The notes beneath the pieces are model-generated. The model ran no database searches, was not told the origin of the DNA, and saw only the letters and a program-made list of their open reading frames with translations. This document shows, one piece after another, positions 37,550 to 50,685 of a stretch of 64,000 nucleotides of DNA; positions within the stretch are counted from its first letter, which is position 1, and the number at the start of each line of letters is the position of its first letter. Source of the DNA: Squalus acanthias (taxonomy: Eukaryota); the NCBI GenBank assembly GCA_030390025.1, contig CM059432.1, positions 11,346,001 through 11,410,000 on the forward strand. Direction: 5' to 3'. The translations under genes and the position numbers were made by a program.

Positions 37550-38250
37550 TGGTGTCCATAGCCACAGTGTGTCTCATCTTCCAGAGGTTTAAGAAATGAC
37601 CATAATCGGCCATGCAATGTTCTGAAATGGTTTAAAACGGATTATTGTTTCTGGGGTAGGTTGAAGTCTGGGAGTTATTTTGTGAAGTCAGCAATCAGGT
37701 GTTTGTTTGAAGTATTAGCATTGTCCCAGAACTCTTCACCTCAGGATTAAATGATGCTTTAATGGCATTTGCTCGATCCTAAAAAAGACTCCAGACTTGT
37801 CTTCAGAAGATTCTGGAGATCCTCATGAATTGGTAAGTTCAGGTTGACCATGGTTCAGTTGTACTCACGAGCTGTATATTTGTCTCTCTGAATGTTAGGT
37901 AGAGATATATGTGCAACGTGGGCAACCATTGAATGGATGCTGATTTTAGTGTTCCAGTTATGATTCTCATTGCGGTCTTAAGCTGCATGGCCAGAAATTT
38001 GGTATGTGCACTGCCTGTCCAGATTGGTGTGCAACATTCAGTAGTTGAGTATACAAGTGCTAGAGTGTGTTCGTGCATTGGTACCCCATGTTGTCCCCAC
38101 AAGTTTTCAAGCGAGGTTGATCCTTTAACCTTTATTGCAAGTCTTTTCCAGATGAGTTTTAAAAGTCAAGCTTCTGTCCAAAGTTACACCCCAATAACCT
38201 TGGGAGCAGGATCTTCATGCGATGCTCCTTTTACGTATTATTGAGTAACG
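37550..38250 (-). mobile_element. Degraded Ingi/Vingi-like LINE fragment
   Basis: ORF 37839-38102 LALVYSTTECCTPIWTGSAHTK..AMRIITGTLKSASIQWLP resembles the post-RT region of Ingi/Vingi elements (recalled similarity). Confidence 0.5.
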
Positions 38251-39339
38251 CAATGAATGTCATCAAATGGCTAACAGACATCATGTTGTTGATCTCCAGG
38301 TATGATTAACAACATGAAACTTATACACATGAATGGTAGTGATTACTCGAGAGATGAATCTACATATGGTGTGCCTTGAAGTATGGTTTCGTAAGTGAGG
38401 GCAGTTGGCAGGCTGCTTGGAATATGAGTACATCCTATTTATTTAAAGTGCAGAGTATTCCTCTAACAGCAGGAGCATTGATGCAAAATCATGAGAGGTT
38501 CTGAAACTAACAAATTAAGAATATTTGTGTGATTTTTATAATGACTGCCTGATCAGAACTGTCCTTCTATCAGGTTGTATGGAAACATTGTCCTGTATTT
38601 TGAATTTGTATAAACCTGTATTTCAGTCCAAATCATTAGTACTTTAATATTTGCAGATTTAAAGAAAACAATCAGGAAGTATATTGCGTCAATATACACA
38701 GCTTAAATCTAGCTATTAATAAATACCTAAAAATTGTCCACGATCCATCCTTTCTGGCACTCTGGCCCGCACTGACCACATGGTCATTAATACCCAATGG
38801 TCAGATGGTTAGTAGGGAATATATAGATGTCAAATTCATTGCATGTAGGCTGCCATCTTGTTCAGGGTCACAAGCTTTCTGCTACCCAGTCTCAGCTCAT
38901 GACTTCTGGCCTGAAGCAGCTAGGCCTGCTCCGGTTCCCAGACTTCACTGATCCTTCTTGGACCTGTCCTCATCCCCAGGCGGGACTGCTTCAGGTCCTT
39001 GACCTCTTCACTCAGGGTTACAACTCCATGTAGGCTCAGCCCAGACCCAGAACGTATCCACGCCTAACCCCAAGCCACGGGCTTCACCAGTTCTTCCTGA
39101 CACAGGGCTGTCTCAGGCATGGGACTTCACTGTTCCTTTCTGACCAAGAAAGCGCTCAATATTGAGTGAGCTCCACATGCTCAAAAGTAGCTTAGATCAT
39201 ATATCTGTGCTGAAATTAATATTTTCTTCATAGTTTTAAATGATGACATTCATAAAAAATGTGCCACTGGTATATTTTTACAGTAAACCATTTTATATTA
39301 TTTGATTTTTTTTGATGTATGGTAATACCTTTGGTGAGG

Positions 39340-39645
39340 CCAAACCCGCAACCTCTACCACCTAGAAGGACAAGGGCAGCAGACGCATGGGAACACCACC
39401 ACCTGCAAGTTCCCCTCCAAGTCACACACCATCCTGACTTGGAAATATATCGCTGTTCCTTCATTGTCGCTGGGTCAAAATCCTGGAACTCCCATCCCAA
39501 CAGCACTGCGGGAGGACCTTCACCTCACAGACTGCAGCAGTTCAAGAAGGCAGCTCACCACCACCTTCTCAAGGGCAATTAGGGATAGGCAATAATTGCT
39601 GGCATTGCTAGTGACGCCACATCCCATGAATGAATTTTTTTTAAA
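39340..39645 (+). mobile_element. LINE family B 3' fragment
   Basis: ORF 39319-39582 PLPPRRTRAADAWEHHHLQVPLQ..HHHLLKGN. Confidence 0.85.
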
Positions 39646-40218
39646 ACCCAGAACGAAAATGGCAACTATCTAATACAATACACTGATGTACGCCCTAATG
39701 GGCCACAATAAGATATGTGGAATGCTGGGAAAAATAAATCATTTAAATATGAGATCAGTTAGTTTTGTTCTGTATTAGCTTTTAAGTTTAATGTGTCAGG
39801 TGGACCGGGTGGTGCATATTGCCTATCATACACTTTCTGTTATCACATCTGTGGCTCCCTATCTCCAGTTCTAAGAAAGAATGCTTGTTTTTCTCCATAA
39901 TTGGGTAACTGACTGATACCGTTAGTTGATCAAAAGTCTGGGTACAGTGAATCTGAGGACTGAGTGTCAAGGGTACTGGTTGATACCTATGCAGTTTTGG
40001 AACGTGCAGTTCCTGAGAATGCAATTTTGTTAACGGATTGTTAACAATGAAGAAAAACACACATTCTCCAAACATATAAAAGTGACAATCAGTGAAAGTA
40101 TGTGTAAAGCATAGAGAGAGTGTGAAAGATGAACATAATTAAAAGAGGAGACACCATTTTTTTGTCCCTGAACAATACCACAAGGGAGCACCTAGTTCAG
40201 TGACTTCTGAATCTGTTC

Positions 40219-40258
40219 ACATTACATACATTATTGCCACATTACATACATTATTGCC
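40219..40258. repeat. Perfect 20-bp tandem duplication
   Basis: ACATTACATACATTATTGCC x2. Confidence 0.9.
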
Positions 40259-42124
40259 TCATTACACCAAATAATCATCTGAACTTTGTGTAAGAAATAT
40301 TGACTTGCTGGATTGTATTTGGTGCAATTAAACACTTCATGGCTGTATAGTTTCAGTAATCGTGCAGAACAATATGGGTAAACTCTGCTCCATTAATGCA
40401 AAACTGACAACCTGTAGAGGTAGAAGAGATGGATAAAAATAAACAACACAAATCTTAGATAAATGAATAAATGAGAAACAAAGCAGTACTTTACATGCAA
40501 GGTAGCATCTCCCAGCCAGGTGGCAACAGACATCATTATGCCTTATGTAACTTCTAGTGATTCCCTGAACCTTTAAGAGAAAGGAGAAAAAAGCACAGTG
40601 AATTAGCATCATCACTTCTAGTTTAGCACTCTGGGAATATACAGTTAGAGAGAAATAAAGGATAAACATTAACTGGAAAGAGAGCCATGTCCATAGACAG
40701 TTGTAATATTTGATCTTTATTTCTGAACTATTCCGTTTCCCTAGATAATGTGATGTACAGCTGTTTATTTTTTAAAGTACTTTATGGAGATGAAGATCAT
40801 GTGAAAATAATAGATGGCCTCCAAGGTCTCGTTAACTTGATGACATCATATTAGTATTAAATATCCATGCTTTTTCAATATAGACGGCTCTCTATTTGCC
40901 TGCTGGTTTTTGTTCTAGTGTGCACACAAGCCCAGCAGGAAATGAAATGGTTTTAATCACTGCTTCCAGATATTGATGATGGAAATTTCACTCAGGAAGG
41001 ATAGTGCAGCAGCCCTCATTCTGTGTAGGGTGAATGCTTCGTTGATCTGTTAAGTGAAAGAGGAAACGCTGCTTGTTCCCTAGTGTGACTGACATGCGCA
41101 GTTTTAAATATGATTTTTGAGATCTAAACGACTAAATCTTGAACACTGGAAAATAGTACAGTGGCATTTCAGAGAATGTTCCATTTGAAAATATGCGTGC
41201 ACGTTGTTGTCTTGTACATGTATATTTCAAAATCAGAAAAATGAATTCATCTGCAAAAGAAATTGACAAGAATGTTTAGTATATGAATATGGAAGATAAT
41301 GTCTAATACAAGCTGATATTTTCAGAGTCATGGTTATGAGGCAAGTAGCAAGAATTCGCTCTAAGCCAGGGTGTGTTGTCTCATTCGTCCGTTGGACTTT
41401 GCATACTACACTCATACTGTTCGAGCTTCCTTTGTGGTGAGCTGGCTGAAGAACTCAGAAGTTGAAATGTCTAGTCCCTTTCCTGTATATTTAAATTTAG
41501 TAAACAACTGGCAAAAAAAACCTACTTTGTCAAGCAAAAGGGGCAAGGCCCTAAGAATTGTTATGTTTCCACGGCACAATCAACATCCTGCCACACTGTG
41601 TGTTCCCTTCCACTGATTTCAGTTGATTTGCGGTCGTCGCAGTCTGCTGTCTCTGCCACAGCGTTTAAGTCTAGCACCTGGGTACTTGTGATATCTACAG
41701 TGTGTGCAGACATTGTGAAGCTTCACGCTGCCTCCGAGGTCTGCTTCCCTCCGGTAATATAACATGTTCAAGTGCAGTTGGATGTGCATCGCTGATTATG
41801 CAGAGTGATGAGTTGAATGTCACCACAGTGAAGGTTACGCAGTCAAATGACTGGATTTGGGAAAAAGGTAGCTCATTTTTAATCTGCTGAACTGATCTCG
41901 CAATAAGAGTAGCAATTTTCACAATAATTGTCGAGGTTTGATTTGTTTCAAGACTAGCTAGAATCAGGAGTTTGTTGAACTTTAACACCTAACTGTCAAA
42001 ATGCTGTCAAAAAAGCCATTTTCAGGGATGGCTGCTAATCATAAACATCTGCATTTGTTTTAAGTGTGATCTAGCCTGACAATTTTAAGCAAATTAGATT
42101 TTTTTTTCCTCTTTGTCGTTTCAG

Positions 42125-42279
42125 CTGAACAAGAATTTGTCAAGATAATCATCATTGTTGTGGTAATGACCGTGATGGTGGTTGTGATCATTTGCTTGCT
42201 GAACCACTACAAACTTTTAACACGGTCTTTCATCAACCGACAAAGTCAAGGCAGACGGCAAGAGGAAGCTTTGCAGCCA
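42125..42279 (+). CDS. LDLRAD4: Internal coding exon (transmembrane segment) of LDLRAD4/C18orf1, PMEPA1 family TGF-beta signalling regulator
   Basis: Polypyrimidine tract plus CAG acceptor (42122-42124) and GTAAGT donor at 42280; 155 bp, phase 1 to phase 0. Translates [64 protein letters not shown] and TRSFINR fit LDLRAD4 better than PMEPA1 as I recall them. Absent from the ORF track in this frame. Confidence 0.88.
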
Positions 42280-42894
42280 GTAAGTTCAACACTGTACACT
42301 TGCTGTTAAAATTGAAACTACTATTTTTACAGAATAAAAGTGTAGAAATATATATTGTAAACACAGTAACAGATTATTACAAAGGATCTTTTAAATATAT
42401 GCTGACTTTTGTTCCAAAACTTACTCATTCCACTGTTATGCAAATTTAATAAAGTGTTCGATAAGCTTGGCTTGGTTCTCAGGAAGTTTAAGAATGTGTC
42501 AAAATTGTGACTTTTTTTTAAAAAGAACCTTTATTGCTCCATTTTTGCCAAATGCACATCTGTTTGGAGGGTAGACATTGACTACTACAATTTTGAATGT
42601 ACAGTGTGTTTATGTAGTGAGGAAACCTGTTGAATTTGAAAAGTGAAATGCAGAGACTTCTGAAGGTTAGGAATTGCACATTTTCTGCATTAGAATGTAA
42701 GGCACAATTTACATAACGGTTTTGCTCAGAAATATCTGTGATTAACACACAGCATAAAAGTCTTTGGGTTCATTAGGTTGGGAATCTGCTTAAAGAGTAT
42801 AATTTGAGTTAACTTTTTTGTACTCAACTGATTACAGTGTAATTTAACGTCATTGGGAGTACATATCATTTGCATAACAGTAAATGAATGTATG

Positions 42895-43080
42895 AAGTCA
42901 TAGCCATAACGGCACAGAAGGAGGCCATTCGGCCCATCGAGTCCGTGCCGGCTCTCTGTAGAGCAATCCAGTCAGTCCCATTCCCCCACTCTATCCCCGT
43001 AGGCCTGCAAGTTTATTTCCCTCAAGTGCCTATCCAGTCTCCCCTTGAAAACATTGAGTGTCTCCGCTTCCACCACTTCC
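42895..43080 (-). mobile_element. CR1 3' tail fragment
   Basis: GGCACAGAAGGAGGCCATTCGGCCCATCGAGTC..CTTCCACCAC. Confidence 0.7.
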
Positions 43081-43974
43081 GTCGGCTTGGACTAGGTCTA
43101 GGTGAAAGAGTACGGTGTGCATCCAGGCATAGTTGTGAGAACATATGACTCAGCATAATATTTGCAATAAAGTAGATATATTATGATTTTAATGGTCAGC
43201 AGGGTGTCGTGTGGAATAGATTATTGGTGTACCAAAGCACTGTGCCACAAAATGGTGGAAAGCAAGCTTGCTTTCATGATTCCCCCTCTTTCCCCCACCA
43301 CCCGGCCCCCCACAATCAGAAGAAACTTAGTGAGGCTGTTTTTTGTCTACTGGTGTAAATCGGTTGTAAATGGTTAAGAACTGGTGCTAATCCCACTATA
43401 ATGGCAACATGATAATAGCACTCTCACTTCGAGTCAACTCATCTGCAAAATTATTCAAGATCTAGGTGCGGGTTTGGACAGGTGGTGGGAGTGCAAAATG
43501 GTGTGTAAGTGGAATTTAAAAGGATGGGGATAATTAAAGGAAATTGTCGCCATAGGGTGACAAAATTCTGACCGCTTTTATAGCAAGGCTCATAAAACAT
43601 TTCAACCCATTAGCCGCCTTTGCCAAGGCTGAAGGAACAGGGAATTAAGAAGTGACAGGCAAATATGAAGTGAAAGGAAACCCATGTGCAGGGATGAGTC
43701 TGCAAGAAAGTGACCGAGCAGCCCCAACACCCCCATTTGAATGGTTACTGAAGTGAAGGTAATGCTGCATGCAAAGAAGGTTGCCCTCTGCCCTATCCCC
43801 ATAAATCCACATTGCTGCAATGCCTAGAAGGAGGTAGTGGGGAAAGCTTCAGGCTGCAGCTGACCAGTACTGTCACTGGTTGTCAGATGCCTATGTTCAT
43901 GTTAGCAGCAGCTGGCCCAGCTCTGCATCTGGTTTCTGCTGGCCCATAGCCAGTGAAGACCATAATCCAGAGTT

Positions 43975-44757
43975 CGAATCGTAGAATCTTATAGTACAGA
44001 AGGAGGCCATTCGGCCCGTCGTGCCTGTGCTGGCTCTTTGAAAGACTCACCTAATTTAGTCCCACACTCTGCTTTTCCTCAGAACCCTGCAAATTAGTCA
44101 TCTTCAAGTACATATCCAATTGCCTTTTGAAAGTTCCTATGGTATCTGATTCCACTACCCTTTCAGGTAGCGTGTTCCAGATTTTAACTGCCATCTGTGT
44201 GAAATAATTTCTCCTCATTTCCCCTCTAGCTCTGTTGCCAGTTACTTTAAATCTATGACCTCTGGTTATCGACCCACTTGTCAGAGGAAACCGTTTCTTC
44301 CTACTTGCTCTATCAAAATCCCTCATAATTTTGAATACCTCTATTAGGACTCCCCTTAACCTTCTCTGCTCTAAGGAGAACAATCCCAGCTTCTCCAATT
44401 TCTCCACATAACTGAAGTCTGTCATCCCTGGTATCATCCTGGTAAACCTCCTCTGTACCCTCTCCAAGACCTTGACATCCTTCCTAAAGTGTGGTGCCCA
44501 GAATTGTACACAATACTGCAGCTGAGGCCTAACGAGTGATTTGTAAAGGTTTAGCATGATTACCTTGTTTTTGTATTTAATACCCCTATTTACAAAGCCA
44601 AATATCCCATACGTTTTCTTAACCGCCTTCTCAACTTGACCTGCCACCTTCAAGGATTTGTGAATATGCATTCCCAGGTCCCTCTGCTTTTGCACCATTT
44701 AGATTATACTGCCTCTCCATGTTGTTGCTCTCAAAGTGCATCACTTCACACTTATAG
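43975..44757 (-). mobile_element. CR1 ORF2 C-terminal fragment with 3' UTR
   Basis: ORF 44051-44698 LYKSLVRPQLQYCVQFWAPH..LGLFSLEQRRLRG..TRGHRFK. Confidence 0.9.
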
Positions 44758-45329
44758 TTGTCAGGTAGGTCCAAAAATGTCTGCAAATATGGTTTCTTAG
44801 CAGCTTGGCCGATGCAGACAATCAAGCTTTGTCGCTGATGATCACCCCAACTTGCCTTCTTTCATGGCATTATTGTGTAAAGCATGACTGCAATTGGAGT
44901 GTTTCTGAAGAACCAACCAGCATTATGGTTAGTCCTTGAGAGTTGATGCTTTCACATGCACTAATTATTTGCCAAAATAAGGTATGTTCACCTCTGCCTG
45001 CAGATGCAGGTATGTAGGAGCAAACAGCTGGGCATAGAATACCTCTCCTGCAGCCTGACCTGCCTGGTATCTCTACTGGTTCTTTGTTCCAAACACTGGA
45101 GATGGGGGTGGATTCCCATTGGGAACCACATTGATGCCAGAAATGGTGCTGGAGACGATAGTAATATTTTAACAATTGACTCTGACTGCAATTTTTCAAT
45201 CCTTCTTATCTTTAGATATATATATACTGTGCTGAGGACCCAAGAGAAATGTAATAAACTGCCTAATAACTTCAGCTGTGGGCAAACTCTTAGACCATAA
45301 ATTCAAGATCAACTTAGTGAGCTTAGATG

Positions 45330-47345
45330 ATCAACAACAGGCAAAATGGCTTTGTTAAAGGCAAGTTGTGTTTGACAAATTTCTTGGTGGTTTTTCAAAG
45401 CAATGGCTGACTACAGATTGAGGAATGCAGTAGATGTGTGTATGGATTTTCAGTAGATGTTAAGGGGTCTCACAGTATAACTTGTCACAAAAATTCAGGC
45501 TTATAGTATAAGAGGAAATGTTGCTACATGAGTAGAACGTTGGTTGATGGACAGGGAATAAAGAGTTATGGTTAATGGGCATTGCTCAGATTTGAGTAGG
45601 ATTCTTAATTGTGTGTGCCAGTGATTAATGCTGGGTCCACTTTTGTTCTCAGTTCCTTTTATTTTAATGTATATACCAGTTGAGAGGGTGGAGGATAATG
45701 ATCCAATGAGGGGAGAGGCAAATTGGAGGAAAGGAGTGAGATAAGGAGAAAGGAGAGGAGCCGAGGAGGAAGAATTCAGATTAGCTCTCGGGAGATTGAG
45801 GCATGGGACAGCTAGCCATTGAGGAGGAGAAATACAGCCGTACAGAAAGTGTTGTGGAATGAGCCAGTGGGCTGGCGTGGGGGGGGGGGGGGGGAGATGC
45901 AGCCAACAGTGAATTGTACTGACAGAAGACACTATTGCATCTTTTCTATGTCATTGTCATATCATTTAGAACTTCCTGGACTTGTCTGTTATCTGTTGGA
46001 TATGTGGAAATAAGGTTTTTTCATGCCTTCACAATGTGTGAATTGTTATGCATGGGGCAGTAATGACAGGGAAATTAGCCCTAGTGAGTTTAGCTCTCTC
46101 ATTTCTTTCAGTGACCCTCAGAACTTTCTTGTCTTGTTCTTTCTCCACTCCAAATACAGCATTCTACATGTTCTTTCTCCTTTTTATATGGATTGGCAAA
46201 TGAGTAGTAGTGCATGGGCAGGTATCTGTTTGGCAGTCAGTTACTAGTGGAGTGCCAAAAGGTTTATCATTTTTATAAATGATTTAGACAATGTAATTGT
46301 GTACAGTGTCCAAATTTGCAGAGAATACCAACTTGGGAACATTGGCAAATTCAAAAGGATCTTGACCAGTTTGATCAGTGGGCAGAGAAATGGCAGATGA
46401 AATTTAGTACAGGAAAATATAAGGTTATGAAATTGGGCAGAGGGATGTTTGTGGATTATGTGTTCAATGGGGAATGTACTTGAGCTATTGGAGCAAATGG
46501 AATGTTGGGATGCATAGCAAGGAGTATAACACAAATCCAGAGAGGTTATTTTAAAACAACATTTGGCCTTTGTGAGACCACATTTTAAGTACTGCATGCA
46601 GTTTTGGTCTCCCTATTTCAGAAAGAATGTATAATTATTGGAAAGGGAATGGTTGATCCCAGAACTTAAGGGAATGACGTTTGAGGAAAGATTGATTACC
46701 CTGGATCTTTTTTCTCTTGACAAGACTGAGGGGGAATGTGGTAGAAGTGTTTAAAACTATGAAAGGTTTGGATAAATTGGATCCAAGTAAGCTTTTCTGC
46801 TGTGTTCAGAATTTAAGCGCAAGAAATCCTATTTAAGGATAACACAAGAAAATAGGAAATGCAGGAGGAACTTTTCTACTAAAAGGCTAGTAAATATGTG
46901 GAACAGATTACTGACACAGGTATTGGAACAAGAAACCTAATTGGTTTCAAGAAGGAACTAGACAGGTTCTTATCTACAATGGGATTCAGGATTATTAGAA
47001 ATGCCCAAGGGAAATACTGTGGATAGGTGGGCTAGATGGACCAAAGGTCCTCTCCTGCCTGAAACTGTTACTAGTTTACTATCCATACTTTAACTCATTG
47101 CACTGTCTCTTAAATTAAGTAAAAATAATACTCCAGATGGGGTCAGACTAAGGCTCTGTACAACTGAAGCATCACTTCCTCGCTTTTGTATTACAACCCC
47201 CTTGAGAAAGGCCACCATCCCATTTGCCTTTCTGATTACCTTTTGTACCTATGCACTATATGATTTTCGTACATAGATACTCAAATTCCTTTGCTCCTCC
47301 AGAGCTCCTAGTTTCTCTTCATTAAGAAAATAATCTGATTTGTCT
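45330..47345. mobile_element. Cluster of old, highly degraded CR1 fragments (+ strand 45330-45660 and 46240-47080; minus strand 47130-47345)
   Basis: Residual motifs: GGCTTTGTTAAAGGCAAGTTGTGTTTGACAAAT; GTGAGACCACATTTTAAGTACTGCATGCAGTTTTGGTCTCC. Confidence 0.6.
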
Positions 47346-47666
47346 TTGAGCTAGTCCTGTTGCCCCTTGCAGTAAGTAAACACCATCTCTTGTGCTTCTT
47401 GACTTGTGTTCAAAAATGTTCTTGAAAATGTCAAATTTTTGCAACTAAAATGTAGAAAATCAGTTTATGTTCTGTTAGCTCGGGAGTGAACTGCATTTTG
47501 TGGTGTGATGCTGAGCCACATAGACCAGCAAGGGCCCAAGTTGAATTTTTGTTACATGTTGAAATAGCTAACCTCAGCCGGTGACAGCGGGGTTGTATAA
47601 TTATTCTTAGTGAACCTGACTGAGTAGATGAAAAATCATCCAGTTGCTATCAAGTAGCCTTTATAG

Positions 47667-48128
47667 TGTCAGCTGTGGCTCAGTGGGTAGCACTCTCGCC
47701 TCTGAGTCAGAAAGTTGTGGGTTCAAAGCCCACTCCAGAGACTGGAACACAAAATTTAGGCTGACACTCCCAGTGCAGTGCTGAGGGAGTGCTGCACTGT
47801 CGGAGGTGCCATCTTTTGGATGAGACATTAAACCGAGGCCCTGTCTGCTCGCTCAGGTGGACGTAAAAGATCCCATGGTACTATTTCGAAGAAGAGTAGG
47901 GGAGCTGTTGCCGGTGTCCTGGCCAATATTTATCCTTCAATCAACATCTAAAACAGATTATCTGGTCATTATCACATTGCTGTTTGTGGGAGCTTGGTGT
48001 GTGCAAATTGGCTGCCACATTTCCTACATTACAACAGTGACTACGCTTCCCAAGTACTTCATTAGCTGTAAAGCGTTTTGGGACGTCTGGTGGTCGTGAA
48101 AGGTACGATATAAATGCAAGTCTTTCTT
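47667..48128 (+). mobile_element. Full-length tRNA-derived SINE, SacSINE1/DeuSINE-like
   Basis: Pol III A box TGGCTCAGTGGG and B box GGTTCAAAGCC. Central AAAAGATCCCATGG..GGTGTCCTGGCCAATATT (Deu-domain-like). L2-like tail ..TATAAATGCAAGTCTTT. Confidence 0.85.
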
Positions 48129-49717
48129 ATTGGAGCCTTTGAACATCAGAGGAGAGAATTAGGTTGAGCTGTGATGCGTCCATACCATATAGCCTGCCTA
48201 TATTTGGTGCCCAGGTTCTCACATGAAAAATGGACACTTGGATAAGCTACAGCAGGTTTGCTGGAATTTCCCAGAATGAGTCCACTGCCTTTAGAATTGG
48301 AAGGACAAGGGAGGAAAAAGATCAATTAATTTATTGTAATTAAAGAAAATTTATATGAATTTCTAACTTGCTTTTATATTCAGTACTTCCAAAAGAACTA
48401 CCAAGAAACCAATTTTGTTTTTCAACCCTAGGCCGCAAACTACTCACCACTTGAAATGTAGTTACAAGCAATGAGCCCCGTAATTTTTTTTGGGCTGCGC
48501 GGCCTATTCAAAAGTCCACGGGCGCATGTTTTTTCCCAATTTAAAAGCAGTTTGCTGGCTGTGCGGGGGACCCCTGGAGTGCTGCCGTGCAGCTTAACTG
48601 GAGCATTGGTTACAAGCCTTTCTCACCTGAATTTTGCCCCTGCCCTCCTGTAGGTGACGTCTTGTACAGCAGTGGTTAAAGAGAAAATTGTTCATCGGCG
48701 CTCTGATTCCTCCCCTCCACAACCCTGTGTAATGTTTGACCTCTCCCGTAACCTTTTGAACTGCAGCTCAGTGATGTTAGCTTTAGCATTCATGCAATAA
48801 ACTTTATCGTGGTTTTTCTTAAAAGCTTCAGGGAGAGTTTGAGTAAAAGTCCTCAATGTGGATAGGTAGCCGAAAAAAAAGAGGCAAGGTCCATTTTATA
48901 CTAAATCATTTATAGGGCCAGTGCACTATGGCTGTCTGCTTTTACCATTAAAGGGATATTGTTTTTAACCGATACCATATTCTTATAATAATTTAGCGCA
49001 AATGGTGAAGGAAAACTTAAGTCCATTAACAACATTGGTGTAAGAATGAAATACAGAGGGATTGAGGTTTAGCCTCGAGTGCTAGCACAATCCAGTCCGT
49101 GTGGTACTTGCTGCCTCTCAAGTGACTGACAACACCTCTCAGCTGTGCAACTCCGCCAGCATGTGATATGCTGCCCTCGCGCTCCCCCGGCCCCCGACCC
49201 ACACTTCTCTTGCACTTACCCACATCAATCTCATACTCTACTCAAGAACTTTGGCTATATATTTTATGAAAAGCCTCTGGCAATCTCAAAAAGGGAGGGG
49301 AAAAAACATTTAAGTAAAATTAAAATCCAGAAGTAAAAGCATAGTGTTACATCTGGTCGCTACTACAGGAAGTAATGCTATAATGTTGGTCATGTTATCA
49401 ATTACTTTCTCTGCAGCTACTGATCTTGAACCACATAGTGGGAAGAATGTTGCTAACAATAGCTTTATTAATAGGTGGGCTACAAGCAGGTCTGCATCGC
49501 CTGCACATTACAGTAGAGGTTGAACTCTCAGCGTACTACAGACTTCACACAATTCAGAAACCCCCTCATTACAATCCTTGTTTCTGTAGATCTCATGTAT
49601 ACAGACAGTCCCCACCATCCAATGAAGCCTTAATTACTACTTTTTCTCTCTGCTCACTTTCACACTCTTGATTTCTCTTGATTCAACAACACGTGCAATC
49701 AGTTTGGCGCCACTTTA

Positions 49718-50195
49718 AAAAATTTGTTCATGGGATGTGGGTGTCACCGACAAGGCCAGCATTTATTGTCCATCCCTAAACGCACGTGAGCCGCCTTCTT
49801 GAACCGCTGCAGTCCTTGTGAAGGTACTCCCACAGCGCTGTTAGAGAAGTTGTTCCAGGATTTTGACCCAGCGACGATGAAGGAACGGCAATGTATTTCC
49901 AAGTCAGGATGGTGTGTGACTTGGAGGGGAACTTGGAGGTGGTGGTGTTCCCATGCGCCTGCTGCCCTTGTCCTTCTAGGTGGTAGAGGTCGCGGGTTTG
50001 GGAGGTGCTGTCGAAGAAGCCTTGGCGAGTTGCTGCAGTGAGTCTTGTAGATGGTACACACTGTAGCCACGGTGCGCCGGTGGTGGAAGGAGTGACTGTG
50101 TAAGGTGGTGCATGGGGTGCCAATCAAACGGGCTGCTTTCTCCTGGATAGTGTCGAGACTCTTGAGTGTTGTTGGAGCTGCACTCATCCAGGCTG
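49718..50195 (-). mobile_element. LINE family B 3' fragment
   Basis: ORF 49744-50271 AWMSAAPTTLKSLDTIQEKAARLIG. Confidence 0.85.
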
Positions 50196-50504
50196 AGACA
50201 GTGCGTTTTGGCAGGCTTTTTGACCATGGTTGGTGGAGGAAAGTATTGCGACTGAGCGATCTTCTTCTCACCTAATGTCAACGTGCTTGATGCTACTCTG
50301 GCTGAGATTAGTTAATTTAGCAGAAGCCAGGGATCAAACCTAGGACCTCAGTGCTCTATATGGCTGTGGAGTGCACTGGGTAGTACACTGCACACTAAGC
50401 CAGCAATGCTGCAAAGCTTCTATCAATAACATTCTGGCTGTTGGGATGTACAAGAGTGACCCAGGGTTTTGTTTTGTTTTGTTTTCCTTTCCCTCACCTT
50501 TGCA

Positions 50505-50685
50505 AAAGTGTTTAAGATGCTTTTAAGGGGAAGCTAGATAAGTACATGAGGGCGAAAGAAATAGAAGGATCTGCTGATGGGGTTAGATGAATTAGGGTGG
50601 GAGGAGGCTCATATGGAGCATAAACACCGGCATAGACCAGTTGGGCCGAATGACCTCTTTCTGTGCTGTAAATGCTATGTAATTC
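50505..50685 (+). mobile_element. CR1-type 3' tail fragment (related copy at ~60540-60690)
   Basis: GGAGCATAAACACCGGCATAGACCAGTTGGGCCGAATGACCT..CTGTGCTGTAAATGCTATGTAATTCT. Confidence 0.6.

Noticed and set aside
42192..42449. 85-aa ORF overlapping the exon
   Set aside because: Wrong frame, and it runs through the donor into intron.
47490..47640. Ancient repeat-like motif (also ~28600-28700, ~50295-50370, ~58900-59030), considered as LF-SINE
   Set aside because: Too degraded to assign or delimit by eye, and it does not match what I recall of LF-SINE.
47675..47745. tRNA-like A/B box sequence (also 53475-53540, 57020-57060)
   Set aside because: These are SINE heads continuing into SINE body; no complete cloverleaf.
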